Shown: positions 1 to 12,324 of the stretch, piece by piece
Layout of the letters: every line of letters begins with the position of its first letter
How positions within the stretch are numbered: position 1 is the stretch's first letter
NCBI GenBank assembly: GCA_964016885.1
Contig: CAXHJY010000234.1
Location: 15,474-79,473 of the forward strand
DNA: 64,000 nucleotides
DNA from: Eledone cirrhosa
Taxonomy: Eukaryota
Direction: 5' to 3'
Program-made: the position numbers and the translations under genes
The notes under the pieces: model-generated
Databases searched by the model: none
The model's input: the letters and a program-made list of their open reading frames with translations, nothing else
Told to the model about the DNA's origin: nothing

Positions 1-391
1 AGGTAAGGCGGGTCTTCTCTATTACTGTGTAGCGCCAAAGATCTCGGTCCAGTGACATTGTCTTGGGGAGGTGTAAGTGTGTGAGGTCGGAATTTATCAG
101 GTCGTCCCAAGTTTTTCTGGGTCTGCCTACTCCGTGGCTACCGTCTATTTTTATTGCCCTGCACTTTTTTTATACAGCTGTCGTCTTTCATGCACATCAA
201 GTGACCATACCAACGTAGTCTTCTCTCGAGTAAACATCTGATCCCTCTTATTTCTAATTTTTCCCTTAGTTCGTTTATGCTTTGCCGTTCACGTATATTA
301 CTATTACACATCCAGCAGAGCATGCAAGCTTCATTCCTCTCCAGTCTGCGTATATCCTCTGCACAGGTCTCACTGCCATGTAACATTGCTC
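1..391 (-). mobile_element. RTE-clade LINE 3' coding fragment (family A), runs off window start
   Basis: Translation AMLHGSET..EDIRRLERNEACMLCWMCNSNIRERQSINELREKLEIRGIRC..ERRLRWYGH matches the C-terminus of the RTE copy at 24946-25575; its 5' junction is in a (TA)n tract. Confidence 0.85.
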
Positions 392-540
392 TTTGTATAT
401 ATGTATTTATACATATTTGTATATATATATATATATGCATATATGTATGTATATATATATGTATATTTGTATATATATATATATATTCGCTTAAACTTTA
501 ATATGTTATTTTAATATATATATATAATTATATATTCAAC

Positions 541-807
541 ATCCGGCCCTCAATAAATGAGGTCGTGTAAGTGTCACGACAAAAAAAAAACACAGTCCAT
601 GCTGTAATGTGCCCGTGTAGGTAACGGTAAAAACCTCCCAGTCCACTCTTTAAACGTGGTTGGTATTAGGAAGGGCATCCAGCTGTAGAAAACCTGCCAG
701 ACAGTCCTATACGAGCGAGATGACGAATATTGCCTCAAGTGGGACAATTCCAGTCTAAACCCATGCTGGCATGGAAGATAGACGTTAAACGATGATGATG
801 ATGATGA
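541..807 (+). mobile_element. RTE family A 3'UTR/tail fragment ending in (GAT)n
   Basis: GTGGTTGGTATTAGGAAGGGCATCCAGCTGTAGAAAACC...CCCATGCTGGCATGGAA..GACGTTAAAC(GAT)n, same as 25700-25964. Confidence 0.85.
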
Positions 808-1130
808 CCGTTTAACGTCTATTTTTCACACATGCATGGGTTAGGCGGTCAGATGGTTGCATCTCACTCATACGTTCCAATCTGGCATGGTTTTGTATGA
901 CAGGCTGCCCTTCTTAATGCCAACCATTTAAGTGTGTACTGTATGTATTCTATTGCAGCACCAGCACTACGACTTTAGAAAATAGGCTAGGTGCTTTTTA
1001 TTGTGACAACAATACCACTTTGTAATGTGGTCTGGATGCATTTTGTTATTGCACCAGCACTACCACTTTACAAAGAGGGCTGTAGTGTATTTTATTGTAG
1101 CAGCAGTGCTACCATTTTAGTACACTGAGT
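808..1130 (-). mobile_element. Degenerate SINE/RTE tail, tail-to-tail with previous copy, with ~5 decayed copies of the 48-bp module
   Basis: CCGTTTAACGTCTATTTTTCACACATGCATGGGTTAG (reverse tail) followed by repeated GCACTACCACTTT..GGTGCTTTTT-like units. Confidence 0.6.
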
Positions 1131-2738
1131 AATGCATTCGGTCAGACTAGGAAAGAGATTGATGAGAGTGGTGTGTACGGGATGAGCGCAGGAGATGTAC
1201 CTTATTCACAATAACTCCTCTTAAATATATTGGTCACTACATTATCTTGTATGTCCTTTTTTTTTTGTAAGATGGTTGGATGGGATTTGAGGTCATTTTC
1301 TAAATAATTTTGAAAATAACGAAGAATTTGGACTACTATAACTAACTTTCTCATTATTAAGTTGGTGCAAGGGCAGTGGATTGGTAGTATCAGTAGAGTG
1401 TTGGACAACATGCTTTGTGGCATATAGTTACATCCCTTTCCATTTTGAGTTTAAATTCTGCCGAAGTTGGCTTTGTCTTTCATTTTTACGAGGTTGATAA
1501 AATAAAGTACAAGTAATCGGAGTCAGTGTTTGTCCCCACCCCTAAAAAAATTGTTGGCCTTGTGCTTAAATCAGAAATCATTAAGTTGGGGTTTGAAACA
1601 TAACTTAAAGCTTCTTACATAAAATTATGATGGAAGGTTTTTAGATAAATATATTCACTTTAAAATAAACAGCTTAATATTGTAGAATTAGGGGCAGTTA
1701 CAGGCAATTTAGCATTTAAAGGGCCTGCCTTGTCACACACAGTCTTCTGAATCCCTCTGAGAATTACGGTAAGGGTGCATGTATTAGGAATGTTCAACCA
1801 CTTCTTTAATTTCATGGACATGCTGATCCATTCATTGAACAATTGGAACACTCATCATTGAAACTGATGGAGATCCATTCATTATTACCTTAGAGTTTAT
1901 TCCTCAACCAACCATTAGATATTAATACCAGAATGCATTATAAGGCCTTACATAGGGTTAGAAGAGCGTCTGAGAAATAACTCTTGTGACACTAAACTGC
2001 CTGAAACCACCTCTGGTTTTATGATACAAAACTTTTTATTTTAAAGTGGTTCATCATATTTTAAAGTGTTTCATCAAACTTTCACCATAGTTTTATATAA
2101 GGACCTTTGTTATGTTCCAAGTACCAGCTTAATCAGAAAGTTACATTACTAAATCCCTCCAAATTCTAAATTATTTTCAAATTATATTTGAAAATCAGTA
2201 CTTTTCATTAGAAATACAGTAAGGAAAGGTTAAAAATATAAATGAAATTATAGACACATAGGATCATTTAATCCTAGGTACACTATGCTGGAATGTCCTT
2301 GAATATAGGTTGACTCAATCAAGACAGACTTAGTCCTAAAGAACATGGTAGCTCCACAGGTTGCTTTTAGAAGTGTTAAATATTTCAGCTATTAGCTGTG
2401 TACAGTAGTCACCTGAGCACTTGTGTTAGGCTATATATGTGTCAGTAGTAGTCGTAACTACACCGTATTGTGAGAGTTTTCTTTAGAGCTAACAGTGTCA
2501 CCCATTGCTCCATATTCCCCAATAGCTTGCAGCCGTTTAGTCCAGGGGTTGTTTATTCGTCTGGCAGGTGCTCATATCACAAGAATCCATCATATCTGGT
2601 GGCTGTATTGCTATCCACCACCTGCGACATGTTCTCTAGAACAACTCTACCTAAAATAGTAGTAGTCATAATGTAAAATTTGTATGTTTTATAATATGCA
2701 TGATTTTGTTTTATATTTGATTTCTTGAATACTTATTG

Positions 2739-2912
2739 CAGACCTGCCAATCTCTAAAAACTCAAACGGGGAGTACCATGAAAAAAAGGTCCCCAAAATG
2801 GGGAGATTTTACATGATAACGGTATACCCATTTCCACAAGAGAAGACACCTCTCACCCACCCAAAGTGGGTAGGAGATCTCCCTGTCCAATGGGGGAGAG
2901 TTGATAGGTCTG
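2739..2912. mobile_element. hAT-like MITE with 6-bp TSD
   Basis: TIRs CAGACCTGCCAA / TTGATAGGTCTG; flanking direct repeat TTATTG at 2733-2738 and 2913-2918. Confidence 0.7.
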
Positions 2913-2918
2913 TTATTG

Positions 2919-3182
2919 CTCGAGTTCACAATCGAAAGCCATTCATCATCTGAAATGTTTGTAAACTGAAACTATTTTTCCCATACAAACTGTTGAGAAA
3001 GACTGAGAGCGAGAATGTGTGTGAAAGACAGATAGATATCACCAGAGTAACTAACTACACAGCAAGTAACACTTTCCTGACAATACTCCCAGCTTGTCGC
3101 TAACTGATGTTGCCAGCTTGAGACACCATCATCCGAGTTGTTTTATGTTCGGAAAAATTGTTCGTGAACCGAGGTTCTACTG
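2919..3182. mobile_element. pogo/Tigger-like MITE remnant
   Basis: Ends in GTTCGTGAACCGAGGTTCTACTG, reverse complement of a CAGTAGAACCTCG Tigger-type terminus; other end not found. Confidence 0.4.
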
Positions 3183-3190
3183 TGTGTGTA

Positions 3191-3286
3191 CAGGATGTCC
3201 CCCCAAAATGTATTCACAATTACCTGTACAGGCAATAATTAATAGAATGTTGTTGAGGTGTGTATATATTTTTGGGGGACACCCTG
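3191..3286. mobile_element. Tc1/mariner-type mini-MITE
   Basis: TA|CAGGATGTCCCCCCAAAA ... TTTTGGGGGACACCCTG inverted termini. Confidence 0.65.
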
Positions 3287-3299
3287 CATGTATATGTAG

Positions 3300-3610
3300 G
3301 CCCTCTTCAGTCATGAATGATCATGACCTCTGAGGTGCAACCCTGGACAAGATGTGTTTGTGGAAGACCAGCAGTCGCCCATGCATATTAGTCTCCGCTC
3401 TCCATGCCATCAATGCCTTTCCAAGGGAAAGGCAATGGCTGATACAGCTTGGCACCAGTGATGTCACAACTCATTTTGACAGCTGAGTGAACTGGAACAG
3501 CATGAAATAAAGTTTCTTGCTCAAGAAAATAATGCATCGCCAGTCCTTGAATCGAAGGCGTATCCTTACGATTGTGAACTCAACACTCAAACCACTAAGC
3601 CACGCGCCTT
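3300..3610 (-). mobile_element. tRNA-derived SINE (family 2)
   Basis: Reverse strand starts GAAGGCGCGTGGCTTAGTGGTT (A box) with a degenerate TTCGATTC B box and CTTGAGCAAGAAACTTTATTTCA core; homologous to 52454-52680 and 19385-19610. Confidence 0.7.
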
Positions 3611-3619
3611 CTCAAATAT

Positions 3620-4053
3620 GTATATTGGACTTTCGTATTTCAGAAGAAATAAGGTATGTTTAGAATAAACATTTAGAGAGCATAGCTATGCCAAAACACC
3701 GACTAACGCCGTCTGGCGGTGTCCAGCTGAAGCAAGGGGGACAATCGTGGATGCACATTTGGAACTCAACAGGTTCTCATCAGCCCGATCCCTCCCACTC
3801 TTGCAATTACTGGACTTTGAAAACAGGTGAGAATAAATGGTTTTCTTCTCTGTAAATGAGGTGATTAATCTCATTTGCATATGAAACTGTATAAGTTGGC
3901 TCAACTTATAATAGAATAGAACTACAATTTAGCTTCAGGCATAGCTGTATACAGATGGCATTAGTCGCTAGTGTTTTGGCATAGCTACGGCTCTCTAAAT
4001 GTATATTTTAAACATTCCGTATTTCTTCAGAAATACGAAATTCCAATGCATAT
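3620..4053. mobile_element. MITE with ~110-bp terminal inverted repeats
   Basis: ATTGGACTTTCGTATTTCAGAAGAAATA..TTTAGAGAGCATAGCTATGCCAAAACAC..GACTAACGCC is mirrored by GGCATTAGTC..GTGTTTTGGCATAGCTACGGCTCTCTAAA..TATTTCTTCAGAAATACGAAATTCCAAT. Confidence 0.75.
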
Positions 4054-4054
4054 C

Positions 4055-4089
<35 letters not shown>

Positions 4090-4092
<3 letters not shown>

Positions 4093-4330
4093 TACGACAA
4101 AAAGCACCCAGCCCACACTGTAAAGTGGTTGTGTAGGTGTCATGATAAAAAGCATCCAGTTCACTCTGTAAATGTGGTTGGCATTAGGAAGGGCATCTAG
4201 CTATACAAATCAAGCTAAAATCAGTCTAGTATGATCAAGACACGGTCATTTGATCTGGCTTGTCTCACAATGGGACTCGTTTAACCCATGCTAGCATGGA
4301 AAAAAATGGACGTTAAATGAGGATGATGAT
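4090..4330 (+). mobile_element. SINE/RTE 3' tail between (TA)n tracts
   Basis: Two copies of the AAAAAGCACCCAG..CACTGTAAAGTGG module, then GGAAGGGCATC..CCCATGCTAGCATGG..GGACGTTAAATGAGGATGATGAT. Confidence 0.75.
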
Positions 4331-5760
4331 ATAATATATATATATATATATATGAATATGAAAACAAACGTGCTGCGTGGTTGCAAATGGGTTACATATG
4401 AATAAAGTTAGTCCTTCATCAGTGATCTTCCAACCTTCATTGGTATTTCATCGCTTTAAAGACCATATACCTCCGGTTGGTGCGAGCAACGGCTAAAGAA
4501 AGTCGTTGGGACACGTAAATAAGGGGAACGAGCGAGACTGTAAACAAACAAAGATGGTAATGCAACGAAAAGTGAGGAAGAAAGCGTCAAGTCCCAGATT
4601 TCCATGAATATAAGTTCGGTGAAATCATGAACGAGAGAGAATAAAGACCATCAAACCTAGTCGAAATGTGAGCAAGGAAGGAATTCCGCACATATATATA
4701 TATATATGAATGCATATGTATATATGAATGTATATAGCACAAATTGGCACAGTATTTGTTCCAGTTCCCGTGTTTAAATCTCTCTGAGGTCAACTTTGCT
4801 TTTCATTCTCCAGAGGTCAATATATAAAATACCAGTCTTGTACTAGGCTTGGTACTTCCTCTATATCTTTCTCTGGAATAAATCAGTTGTGTTCAGGCCT
4901 GGAGAGGGATGGGCTCCACCAGGTTTAAATACCCAAGACATGTTGTACATCATTATAATGTCTCTAACTCATTCAAGAATGTATATAATATATGTATGTA
5001 TATATAAATATCTATTTGTTGCTAAGAAGTTTTAGAAATTAAACTATTGCAGTGAAAATTTTACAAGTATAGTGTATTCCTGAAGCAGGTGTTCTAGGAG
5101 AAAGTAATCTTCTTATAAACTGGAATATATTGTATAAATAATACAAATCTGAAGCTTGTAAGGATATATAGCAACAGTTGTCTGAGTTAACAGGTTTTAT
5201 ACTGTTAAACTGAGCTATGCTACCATCATCATGATGATTGTACCAGACTGACGTAAGTTGGGCTGATTTGTAAAACTTCCATTATTTCAGGTGTTCCAAT
5301 TCTTCTCATTTTATGTGAGACATAGTTTTCCACGATATAATCTTACCAATTTATTATTTCAAGTCTTTTTTTTTTATTCTTTGGTCTGTCTTTATTATAC
5401 AATCTACCACCAACTGTTATTACAGAACTTCACTTCATTCATCCAAAAGCATCACCACTATATATTTTGCTATGAACTTCCACATTGCACATAACAATAA
5501 TACAGTAGGAGTTGCTGTTGCAGTATTTTTATACACTCGAGTACATTTAAAAGCAACAACAAAACATACAAATACTTCTACCTAAGTACCATAGTATCCA
5601 GTACACATTAGAGAGAGAGAGAAAATGGATCAAAATAATTATGTTGACTATGAATTAGTCATTTTCATAGCAAGTGAAATGTAAGAGCTAACAAACTGTT
5701 TTGCTAGGACTTACTGAGTATTTTAGTTACACAGAACAGTGATTGCGTACTGCTTTTATC

Positions 5761-6470
5761 ATGTAGGTGTCACAACAAAAATCACCCAGTCCACACTCTA
5801 AAGTGGTCGTGTAGGTGTCACAACAAAAATCACCCAGTCCACACTCTAAAGTGGTTGTGTCGGCGTCACAACAAAAAGCACCGTCCACACTGTGAAGTGG
5901 TTGTGTAGGCGTCGTGTCAAAAAGCACCCTGTCCACACTATAAAGTGGTCGTGTAGGTGTCACAACAAAAAGAACCCTGTCCACACTATAAAGTGGTCGT
6001 GTAGGTGTCACAACAAAAAGAACCCTGTCCACACTATAAAGTGGTCGCGTAGGTGTCACAACAAAAAGCACCCTGTCCACACTATTAAGTGGTCGTGTAG
6101 GTGTCACAACAAAAAGAATCCTGTCCACACTATAAAGTGGTCGTGTAGGTGTCACAACAAAAAGAACCCTGTCCACACTATTAAGTGGTCGTGTAGGTGT
6201 CACAACAAAAAGAACCCTGTCCACACTATTAAGTGGTCGTGTAGGTGTCACAACAAAAAGAACCCTGTCCACACTATAAAGTGGTCGTGTAGGTGTCACG
6301 ACAAAAAGAATCCTGTCCACACTATAAAGTGGTCGTGTAGGTGTCACAACAAAAAGAATCCTGTCCACACTATAAAGTGGTCGTGTAGGTGTCACAACAA
6401 AAAGAACCCTGTCCACACTATTAAGTGGTCGTGTAGGTGTCACGACAAAAAGCACCCGGTACACTGTAAC
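5761..6470 (+). repeat. 48-bp minisatellite, ~15 copies, derived from the RTE/SINE 3' module
   Basis: Unit GTGTAGGTGTCACAACAAAAAGAACCCTGTCCACACTATAAAGTGGTC repeated head-to-tail, continuing directly into the RTE tail. Confidence 0.95.
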
Positions 6471-6638
6471 TGTGGTTGGCGTTAGAAAGGGCATCCAGCT
6501 GTAGAAACCAAACCAAAATCAGTTCTGTAGGAGCAAGACATGGTCACCTGACCTAGCATTGCCCACAACAGGACAATTCGTCTAACCCATGCTAACATGG
6601 AAGAATGGATGTAAAATGGTGATGAGGATGATGATGAT
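6471..6638 (+). mobile_element. RTE/SINE tail terminating the 48-bp array
   Basis: GTGGTTGGCGTTAGAAAGGGCATCCAGCTGTAGAAACC...CCCATGCTAACATGGAA...(GAT)n. Confidence 0.8.
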
Positions 6639-7079
6639 TACATATTTTGCTAGATTCTGCTGAGCATTTTGGTTACGTAGGACAGTGGTTGTCTATGGGT
6701 TTTATGTACTAGGTTTTGTTAGCACTTGCTGAGTATGTCATTTATATGGGACAGTGGTTATGTACTGGTTTTATGTGAAAAACACCAAACTGACACTGGC
6801 TGAGAGCAATTTCAGCTTTCTTTTTTGGGGTGGGGGTCAGGCGGAGAATGTGATGAGAAATCACAACTCATCTGGTATAGTCTACAAGCTTTTCTACAAT
6901 TTTTGGGATTAACCAGAGGCTTTAGTATAAAAAAAGACTTGCCATGGTGCTGTACAGTGGGATCGAACCCCAAATCACATGATTGCAAAGCGAATATCTT
7001 AACCACAAGACCATGCATGCTCAAGAACAACTCTTATCAGATAAAGTGGTATTATAATTATAATACCACTTTACCTGAA

Positions 7080-7275
7080 GGCAGTGGATTGCCAGTATCG
7101 GTAATGCGCCAGACACCATGCTTTGCAGCATAGTTACGGCCCTTTACATTCCGAGTTCAAATCCCACTGAGGTTAACTTTGCTTTTCATCCTTACAGGGG
7201 TCGACCAATAAAGCACCAGTAATGCGCTGGGGTTATTGCTGGCCTTGTGCCAAAAGTAGTAACAATTATAATTAT
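7080..7275 (+). mobile_element. tRNA-derived SINE with Nin/Deu-like core (family 1)
   Basis: GGCAGTGGATTGCCAGTATCGG..GAGTTCAAATCCC (B box)..CTTTTCATCCTTACAGGGGTCGACCAATAAAGCACCAG..GCTGGCCTTGTGCCAAAA. Confidence 0.8.
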
Positions 7276-8139
7276 TATCATCATTGTATATATATTTACA
7301 GAACGAAAGCTAGTGATGATGGCCAGATTTGTATCATAGAACCAGCCCGGTTTCAGGTGGTTTAGTATCAAAAGGGTTATTAAGGCTTATTAAATTCTCA
7401 TATATTCTGTAATAATTCTACAGGTGACTATAAATTGCTATGAATACTAACAGGATATCAGTAGTTGTTACTAGTCTGGAAAACCCAACAGGTTGTGAAC
7501 CAATGAAGAATCTTTTATGTACTTGCTTCACTTACTTTAACCTTGTGACACTAAGCTGCATGAAACCACTCCTGGTTCTATGATACAAAACTTTATTTTA
7601 AAGGGTTTATATTTCTCTAAAATCCTTCCATCATAATTTTATATATGGACCTTTAATAAGTTATGTTCCAAGCATCAGCTTAATAATTAGAAAGTTACAT
7701 TACTAAATTCCTCCAAATTCTGGATTATTTTCAAATTATTTGAAAATGATAGTGTTTTTCATTAGAAATATGGTAATGAAAGGTTATAAAAAGAAATGGA
7801 AGTATAGATGCATAGAATACTTTAATCCTAGACACACTATGCTTGACTGTAAAAATTAATGGCAATGGCTGAACATTTTATGTATGACTGTTGTGTGTTG
7901 GTTCTATGTTAGGAATTGCTGAGTATTTTGTTTACATGGAACAGTGGTGTACTGGTTTCGATATACTACATGTTGTAAGATTATAATTTTTCTGGCTATT
8001 ACTCTCATCTTCAGCGATGAAAAGAATTTTTAATATTTACAGGAAGTCAGGAGGCTGAATTAAGTGTAAAAATTAGTTGGTGTAGTAATGTGCCAGCTTC
8101 AGTAATCAGAAGAAGGGAGGTAGGTAGGTGTAAAAGCCA

Positions 8140-8605
8140 AACTCACTATCTTCAATTCAATATTCTTGCCAACCCTTACCTATGGTCATGAATCTTGGGT
8201 AATGACTAAAAGAATACAATCACGAATACAAGTGGCCGAAATGTTGTTCCTCCAAAAGGTCTTTGTTGTTATGTTACTTGATAGTGCATAGCTCGGAGAT
8301 CAGAGAGTCATTCCAGATAGAGCCACCACTCTGAATTGAGAGATTACAGCTCTGATATTATGGGCATGCAGTTAGAATGTCTTAGGAAAGACTTGCTGGA
8401 CAGATTTTATGGGCAAAAACAACTGGCAAGAGACCCAGGGATAGATCGAGCAAGATGGTTGGATAACATCCATGAGCTCAGCAGGTCTCACTTGGGGATT
8501 CAGCCGGATCAATTGGAGATGGATGCTTCTGATAGGACCCGCTGAAAGGAATGTATGATGACTCTGCCCTCACCAACCTCCCTAGAATAAATGGAGGAAG
8601 AAGAT
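8140..8605 (+). mobile_element. Degenerate RTE LINE 3' fragment (family C)
   Basis: Encodes VKAKLTIFNSIFLPTLTYGHESWVMTKRIQSRIQVAEMLFL, a typical RTE post-RT region; homologous to 16940-17348 and 50480-50930. Confidence 0.7.
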
Positions 8606-9269
8606 ATCTGTGCTACATATTGCTTTGATTTTTTATCACCATCAGATATTTTATTTATGGGTGTGTAAACAATACTAGGACCTTTCTTTCTAAACTAAAA
8701 CAACCTTTTTAATTTTTAGCCATGCCTGGAATTTCCTGCTTAAATTTAAACATCCCTCTAACAAAACATCTTGTTGCTTTGTTTGCATGCACAAAAAAAA
8801 AAGCTTTTTTTTTTTTTTGCTTTTGTGTTCTTGAGTGTTTGCTCATGCTGCATCATATAACTTATATAGAGATTTTTTAAAGTGCAGTATTCATGTCCCA
8901 ACATGTGATTTAAATGTAAAGCTACACCAGTAGAGACTTAAAGACTATAAAAATAGTAGAAAGTGAAGAAAAATGTGAGGACTTGCACTGTTAACTTTAA
9001 AGCCATAATGAATTCATATGACAAAATAAAAGTTGCCATGCAAAATTCAAGTGAATGCTCAGCTTCTAAACAAATGCACATGCCAGTAAGATCATGGTAA
9101 ATATGGAGAAAATGTTAATTGTTTAAGTGTATGATATATCACAGATTACAGATTCATCTGTCAAGCCATTATATGGCAAAAGGTGGAAAATCTAATCAGT
9201 TGAAACAAGAAGTTGAGCAATTTGCTCAAATGTTTGTTGTTATCTGGGAAGATTAGGCTACCCGCTAGA

Positions 9270-9380
9270 GCAAGGCTTGCAAATTGGAGTGGCAGTTCCA
9301 GCATGTCGCCTTCACCATCCTCCAGGGACAACATCTTTTCTATTCTGTCTGCTGGGATCACGAGGCGTGCTAACTCTTAA
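9270..9380 (+). mobile_element. CRE-like non-LTR retrotransposon C-terminal relic
   Basis: LEWQFQHVAFTILQG..IFSILSAG (frameshifted), nucleotide-similar to 16365-16440. Confidence 0.45.
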
Positions 9381-10574
9381 ATAAGAGTGAAGTTGATTGT
9401 CAACCTTAGGTAAAAAGTTATTTTTGACACTCAATAAAAGAACCATGTATTTCTCGTTTACATGTTATCGGTGTATATATAAGGCATCAGAGGTTTGCCA
9501 CATATTGTTGTGAGGAGCAAATACCACATTGTGGGATAGCACAGGTCAACATACCCATCAGTGCTGATTGAACGAGTCAGTTTGACTTTGATCAACGTTG
9601 TCGTTCAGCCAACATGTCAGCTCTGATTGAGCAGGCCTATAAACAAAGGTGTTCCAATCGTGACCAACTCATTTTTTTTTTTTTGTATATCAGTGACTGC
9701 ATTATTATCCTGAAAATGTATCCTCTTATATTTAAGATTGTAGAGTATGATTTGAGGGAGATTTGGCTGTTATTTCTAGCAACGCGAACTATAATATAGA
9801 TTCCCTGGTCGGCTAGTTGACAAAATTGTTATTTTACTTTTAATTCCTATTTAGTTAGTCATATTTTATACTGCCACGTCATGTTCTTTTTAAAAAAGTG
9901 ATTTGTTTGTTACTAATTCAAAACATTTCATTTTGCTATCATCTTGTCACTAAATATAAACAAAACCTTGACTGGAATGAAGGAAAGGTTAAAACATATT
10001 TTTGCGTTTTCACTGCCCGTTTTTTACCCTTGTGGCTCACTAACGAAGTCGACCCTACTCCCTTCCACACATGAATAGTTTCTTATATAAGCACAAGGCC
10101 AGCAATTTTGGGGAGGGGAAAACGATTAAATCGTCCCCAGTGCGTGACTGGTACTTTATTTTATCGATCCCCGTAAGGATGAAAGGCGAAGTTAACACAT
10201 GAATGGGTGTTTAACATGCTATAATACCTAAAACATTCTAACATTAACTGAATGAGAACTCAATATGTGCAAGTAGAGCGTAGGAGAATATGAACACACA
10301 CACACACACACGTAAGTATGCGGACGTGCCTTGTCATTTACACATATGCATTTTAATTACATGTCAACTATGTTATCAAATTTGGCGTCAGAATATAGTG
10401 AAGAATATAGAATAGGAATTTAACGTACAATGGTGATTACAGTAAAATGCTTATCGTCTGATCGAAGACCACTATTGTCACTAAGAAAGTTACCAGTGTC
10501 TTCGCCTTCTCTGTCGTTTCTGTGAATTAGAAAGTAGCATCCTGTTGCTTATAAAAAAATGACAATAACCAACA

Positions 10575-10760
10575 CACAATGGCGTTCGAGACATTTTGGG
10601 GAGCTTGGGCTTCAGAAAGTGAGGTTCTTGTTGGCGGCTCGCCTTACCGACGTATCAGGCGATGTTCGTGAGGGTGCTTGGTTATTCTAGCGTCTTAGTC
10701 TCGCTATCACCCCCGGTAATGCAGCAAGTGTGTTGGCCTGTCAAAAAAATTATTAGAAGG
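10575..10760 (+). mobile_element. CRE-like non-LTR retrotransposon C-terminal (RLE) relic
   Basis: MAFETF/GELGLQKVRFLLAARLTDVSGDVREGAWLF*RLSLAITPGNAASVLAC, matching the ET.G...QRLS.AIQRGNA motif at the end of CRE-type ORFs. Confidence 0.65.
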
Positions 10761-11564
10761 GAAACTCTAGCATCCTTTGTATGTAATTCAGTGTGCATAT
10801 CTTCTCAGTTTTTTTCCATCTTTTAGATAAATTGTGTTTATATCTAAAGAAAAAAAAAAAACCCATTAAAGATATGCTTGCAACATCGTGTGTGTGTTTA
10901 TTTCTACAATAACAGCGGAACTGACTTTTGTTGAATTTGGGATAGATTCATTGTGGAAGGAAATGAGATTGTGATGATAGTTATGTCTTTCTCAAGTACT
11001 TTACTGATGTGAGTCAAGTGAAAGAGCTTCAACCACAATTGAAACCGAGTCGATGACTTTTGCGCACACACACACACACTACCTCACACGAACATGTATG
11101 TGAAGAGTGAAGGACGAAACTGTGTATCTAATTTTTATATAAAAATTAAAATTATTCATAAGCTTATTCTTTATACCAAAATAATCTTGCCGTAATTTTA
11201 AGCATTGTTTTCATTTCACTCCCGTGATTATATGCTAATATCCAGCAAACACATTACTATCAACCGTTATTTATTATCAAAATTACTTCTTTGTGGGTGG
11301 CAAATCCGTCTTTTGTTCTTCAAACTAATTTGGTTCAAAACCAAACTAACAAACAAACAGAAAAGAAATGTTTGTAATATGAACGAATAACTAATAAATA
11401 TTTGTGCTAATAACAATCAAAGATATATTTTTAAATACGTAGTTTAAATTAGTTTGTGTGGGAATGTTGACAGCAATCAACAGGAGGGTGTTATAAAAAA
11501 GCTGTGACTAATAAACAATTTTTTTTTTTATTGCTTCTCCTTTCTCTCTTGTTTATTCTTTTTC

Positions 11565-11760
11565 TCTCTCTCTTTCCTTACTCCCTCTCTGTCTGTTAAC
11601 TCTTTCCTTTCTCTCTCTCTCTCTCTCTCTCTGTTAACTCTTTCCTTACTCTCTCTCTCTCTCTGTTAACTCTTTCCTTACTCTCTCTCTCTCTGTTAAC
11701 TCTTTCCTTACTCTCTCTCTCTCTCTGTTAACTCTTTCCTTACTCCCTCTCTCTCTTTTT
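11565..11760 (+). repeat. CT-rich minisatellite, ~5-6 units of (CT)n-GTTAACTCTTTCCTTA
   Basis: Repeated CTCTCTCTCTGTTAACTCTTTCCTTA visible in sequence. Confidence 0.85.
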
Positions 11761-12324
11761 TCTCCACTCTTTCTCCCTACCTTTATCTGCTTTCTCTCCC
11801 TCTCCTTTCGTCTCCCCCTCTCTCCTTCTCAATATGGGGAGTACTTAGTGACATCCTGTTCACATTTTCATCGTAGTTTAACATTGATTTAAAAAATATA
11901 TCTTGTCTTTCTAATTGTTTTGTCTGTCTGACTAGATACGATTGTCACCTCTCACGTGTTCCATTTTAAACCAAAGAAATTGACAAAATATTTAGTCAAG
12001 AAAATAGCAACAACAATAAAAATCTGGGCGGGTATTAATATCTCCACAAACAAAAATACAAGTCTATTCAAAGACCCCAGTATTCAGTGACAACAGTACC
12101 TATAATTATTTCTAACATTGGTACAATGTCTCCTATTTTGTGGTAAGGTTGGTTGTGCGAGTCGATTAAATCGAAACCAGACTTATATTTATTTTAACCA
12201 CTATGAGATAGAAAAAAGTCCAACACTGCTCTGACGAGATTTGAACTTGAAAATATAAAAAGAAAGAAGCTTACTAAATGTATGGCATTTTACCATTTCT
12301 GCTACTCGACATTCCTATTTTTTG

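Noticed and set aside
2400-2660. Unique-looking segment with a minus-strand splice acceptor
   Set aside because: Stops in the frames examined and no homology recognisable by eye
5727-6494. CRISPR-like array or repeat protein (255 aa and 197 aa ORFs)
   Set aside because: Head-to-tail 48-bp units with no unique spacers and no cas genes; ORFs arise because 48 is a multiple of 3
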